DNA from: Blochmannia endosymbiont of Camponotus modoc
GTDB taxonomy: Bacteria; Pseudomonadota; Gammaproteobacteria; Enterobacterales; Enterobacteriaceae
DNA length: 32,000 nt
Direction: 5' to 3'
NCBI RefSeq assembly: GCF_023585785.1
Contig: NZ_CP097765.1
Coordinates: 240,001-272,000 of the forward strand
Under the pieces are notes generated by a model that was given only the letters and a program-made list of their open reading frames with translations, made no database searches and was not told where the DNA came from. This document shows positions 31,308-32,000 of this stretch, piece after piece. A program made the position numbers and the translations under genes. How positions within the stretch are numbered: the stretch's first letter is position 1; each line of letters begins with the position of its first letter.

Positions 31308-31683
31308 GGACCATGTTTGTTTATAATTATAACGAAAAATATATTATATATATACTTTGACAGTTATTATTTTAAACAAAAACAATTTTATTAGTTTACA
31401 TATTTTAAAAAATAGAAAAAATAAATAAATTGTTTTCCATGATATGGACTATTTAAAAAAAAAATTAAATTTTTTCAATTATTATTGATTTGTGATATAT
31501 ATATTATATAAATATGGCAGCTAATAGATACATATAAATTTTTAATGTTTAAAAAAAAGATATGTAAATAATTAATAAAAATCAAACTTAATTTAAAGCA
31601 TGAGAGTTATTTTAACAAATAATAACGTATCCAAATTAATTGACATAGATTTTTTAATTATATTGATAACTTTGATAAATCAA

Positions 31684-32000
31684 TTACCTATAAGCAAGAT
31701 AAACTATAATCGTTCCTAATATAATCATAGGGCATGACAAAATTTGTCCCATGGTGGCTATGTTGTTAATTAATCCTAACTGACTATCAGGTTGACGAAA
31801 AATTTCCACTATAATACGAAACACCCCATAACAAATCAGAAATAAACCAGACACACTACCCACGGGATGTGGTTGACGAATAAACTTACTTATGATAATA
31901 AATAATATTACTCCCTCTAAAAACATTTCATATAATTGAGATGGATGACGAGGAAGAACACCGTAACTATCAAATAGTGGTTCCCATTCAGGATGATCTG
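31684..32000 (-). CDS. lgt: prolipoprotein diacylglyceryl transferase (N-terminus lies beyond the window end)
   Basis: The frame stays open upstream of the ORF-track Met to the window edge. It reads [35 protein letters not shown]...[21 protein letters not shown], which matches the conserved [10 protein letters not shown] and FRQPD segments of Lgt. Confidence 0.9.
   Translation of the reverse strand, partial: DHPEWEPLFDSYGVLPRHPSQLYEMFLEGVILFIIISKFIRQPHPVGSVSGLFLICYGVFRIIVEIFRQPDSQLGLINNIATMGQILSCPMIILGTIIVYLAYR

Noticed and set aside
1-32000. I searched for CRISPR arrays, tRNA/rRNA/sRNA genes, IS elements, integrases, phage or plasmid genes, toxin-antitoxin pairs, defence systems and orphan gene clusters.
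   Set aside because: None was found. There are no regularly spaced direct repeats and no GC-rich structured islands in the spacers. No ORF of at least 60 aa lacks either a housekeeping ortholog assignment or an antisense-noise explanation. The window looks like core genome, so I do not claim any novel system.

Overview
This window is gene-dense and AT-rich (roughly 28-30% GC by eye). It has 23 protein-coding genes and no rRNA, tRNA, CRISPR, IS, integrase or phage genes. It looks like a reduced-genome, Enterobacterales-derived obligate insect endosymbiont (Blochmannia- or Wigglesworthia-like), but the taxon cannot be fixed without a database search.

Positions 1-21.7 kb are colinear, in reverse orientation, with the E. 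coli block accA-dnaE-rnhB-lpxB-lpxA-fabZ-lpxD-skp-bamA-rseP-cdsA-uppS-dxr-frr-pyrH-tsf-rpsB, followed by the divergent map-(glnD)-dapD. The only difference is that glnD is deleted. Positions 21.9-32 kb carry recB-recD (+), recC (-) and a partial lgt (-).

I do not see a novel multi-gene system. Every substantial ORF is either a clear housekeeping ortholog with intact catalytic motifs or antisense noise inside one. There are no orphan genes and no defence, toxin or secretion modules.

The points worth a second look are modest:
- The recBCD locus is rearranged: recB-recD is flipped relative to recC, ptrA and thyA are missing, and the block is fused to the dapD block.
- RecC positions that I recall as Chi-contact residues in E. 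coli are mostly substituted, while the RecB and RecD catalytic motifs are intact.
- The recD/recC convergent spacer contains a strongly C-poor, G-rich tract that is rut-like on the recC transcript.
- RNase HII carries GCG in place of the conserved GRG motif.
- Gene-loss scars mark the expected glnD and thyA positions.
- There are many 9-nt A/T homopolymers inside essential ORFs.
- Several start codons probably need revision.

All ortholog calls rest on my recollection of E. coli protein sequences and motifs, not on a search.
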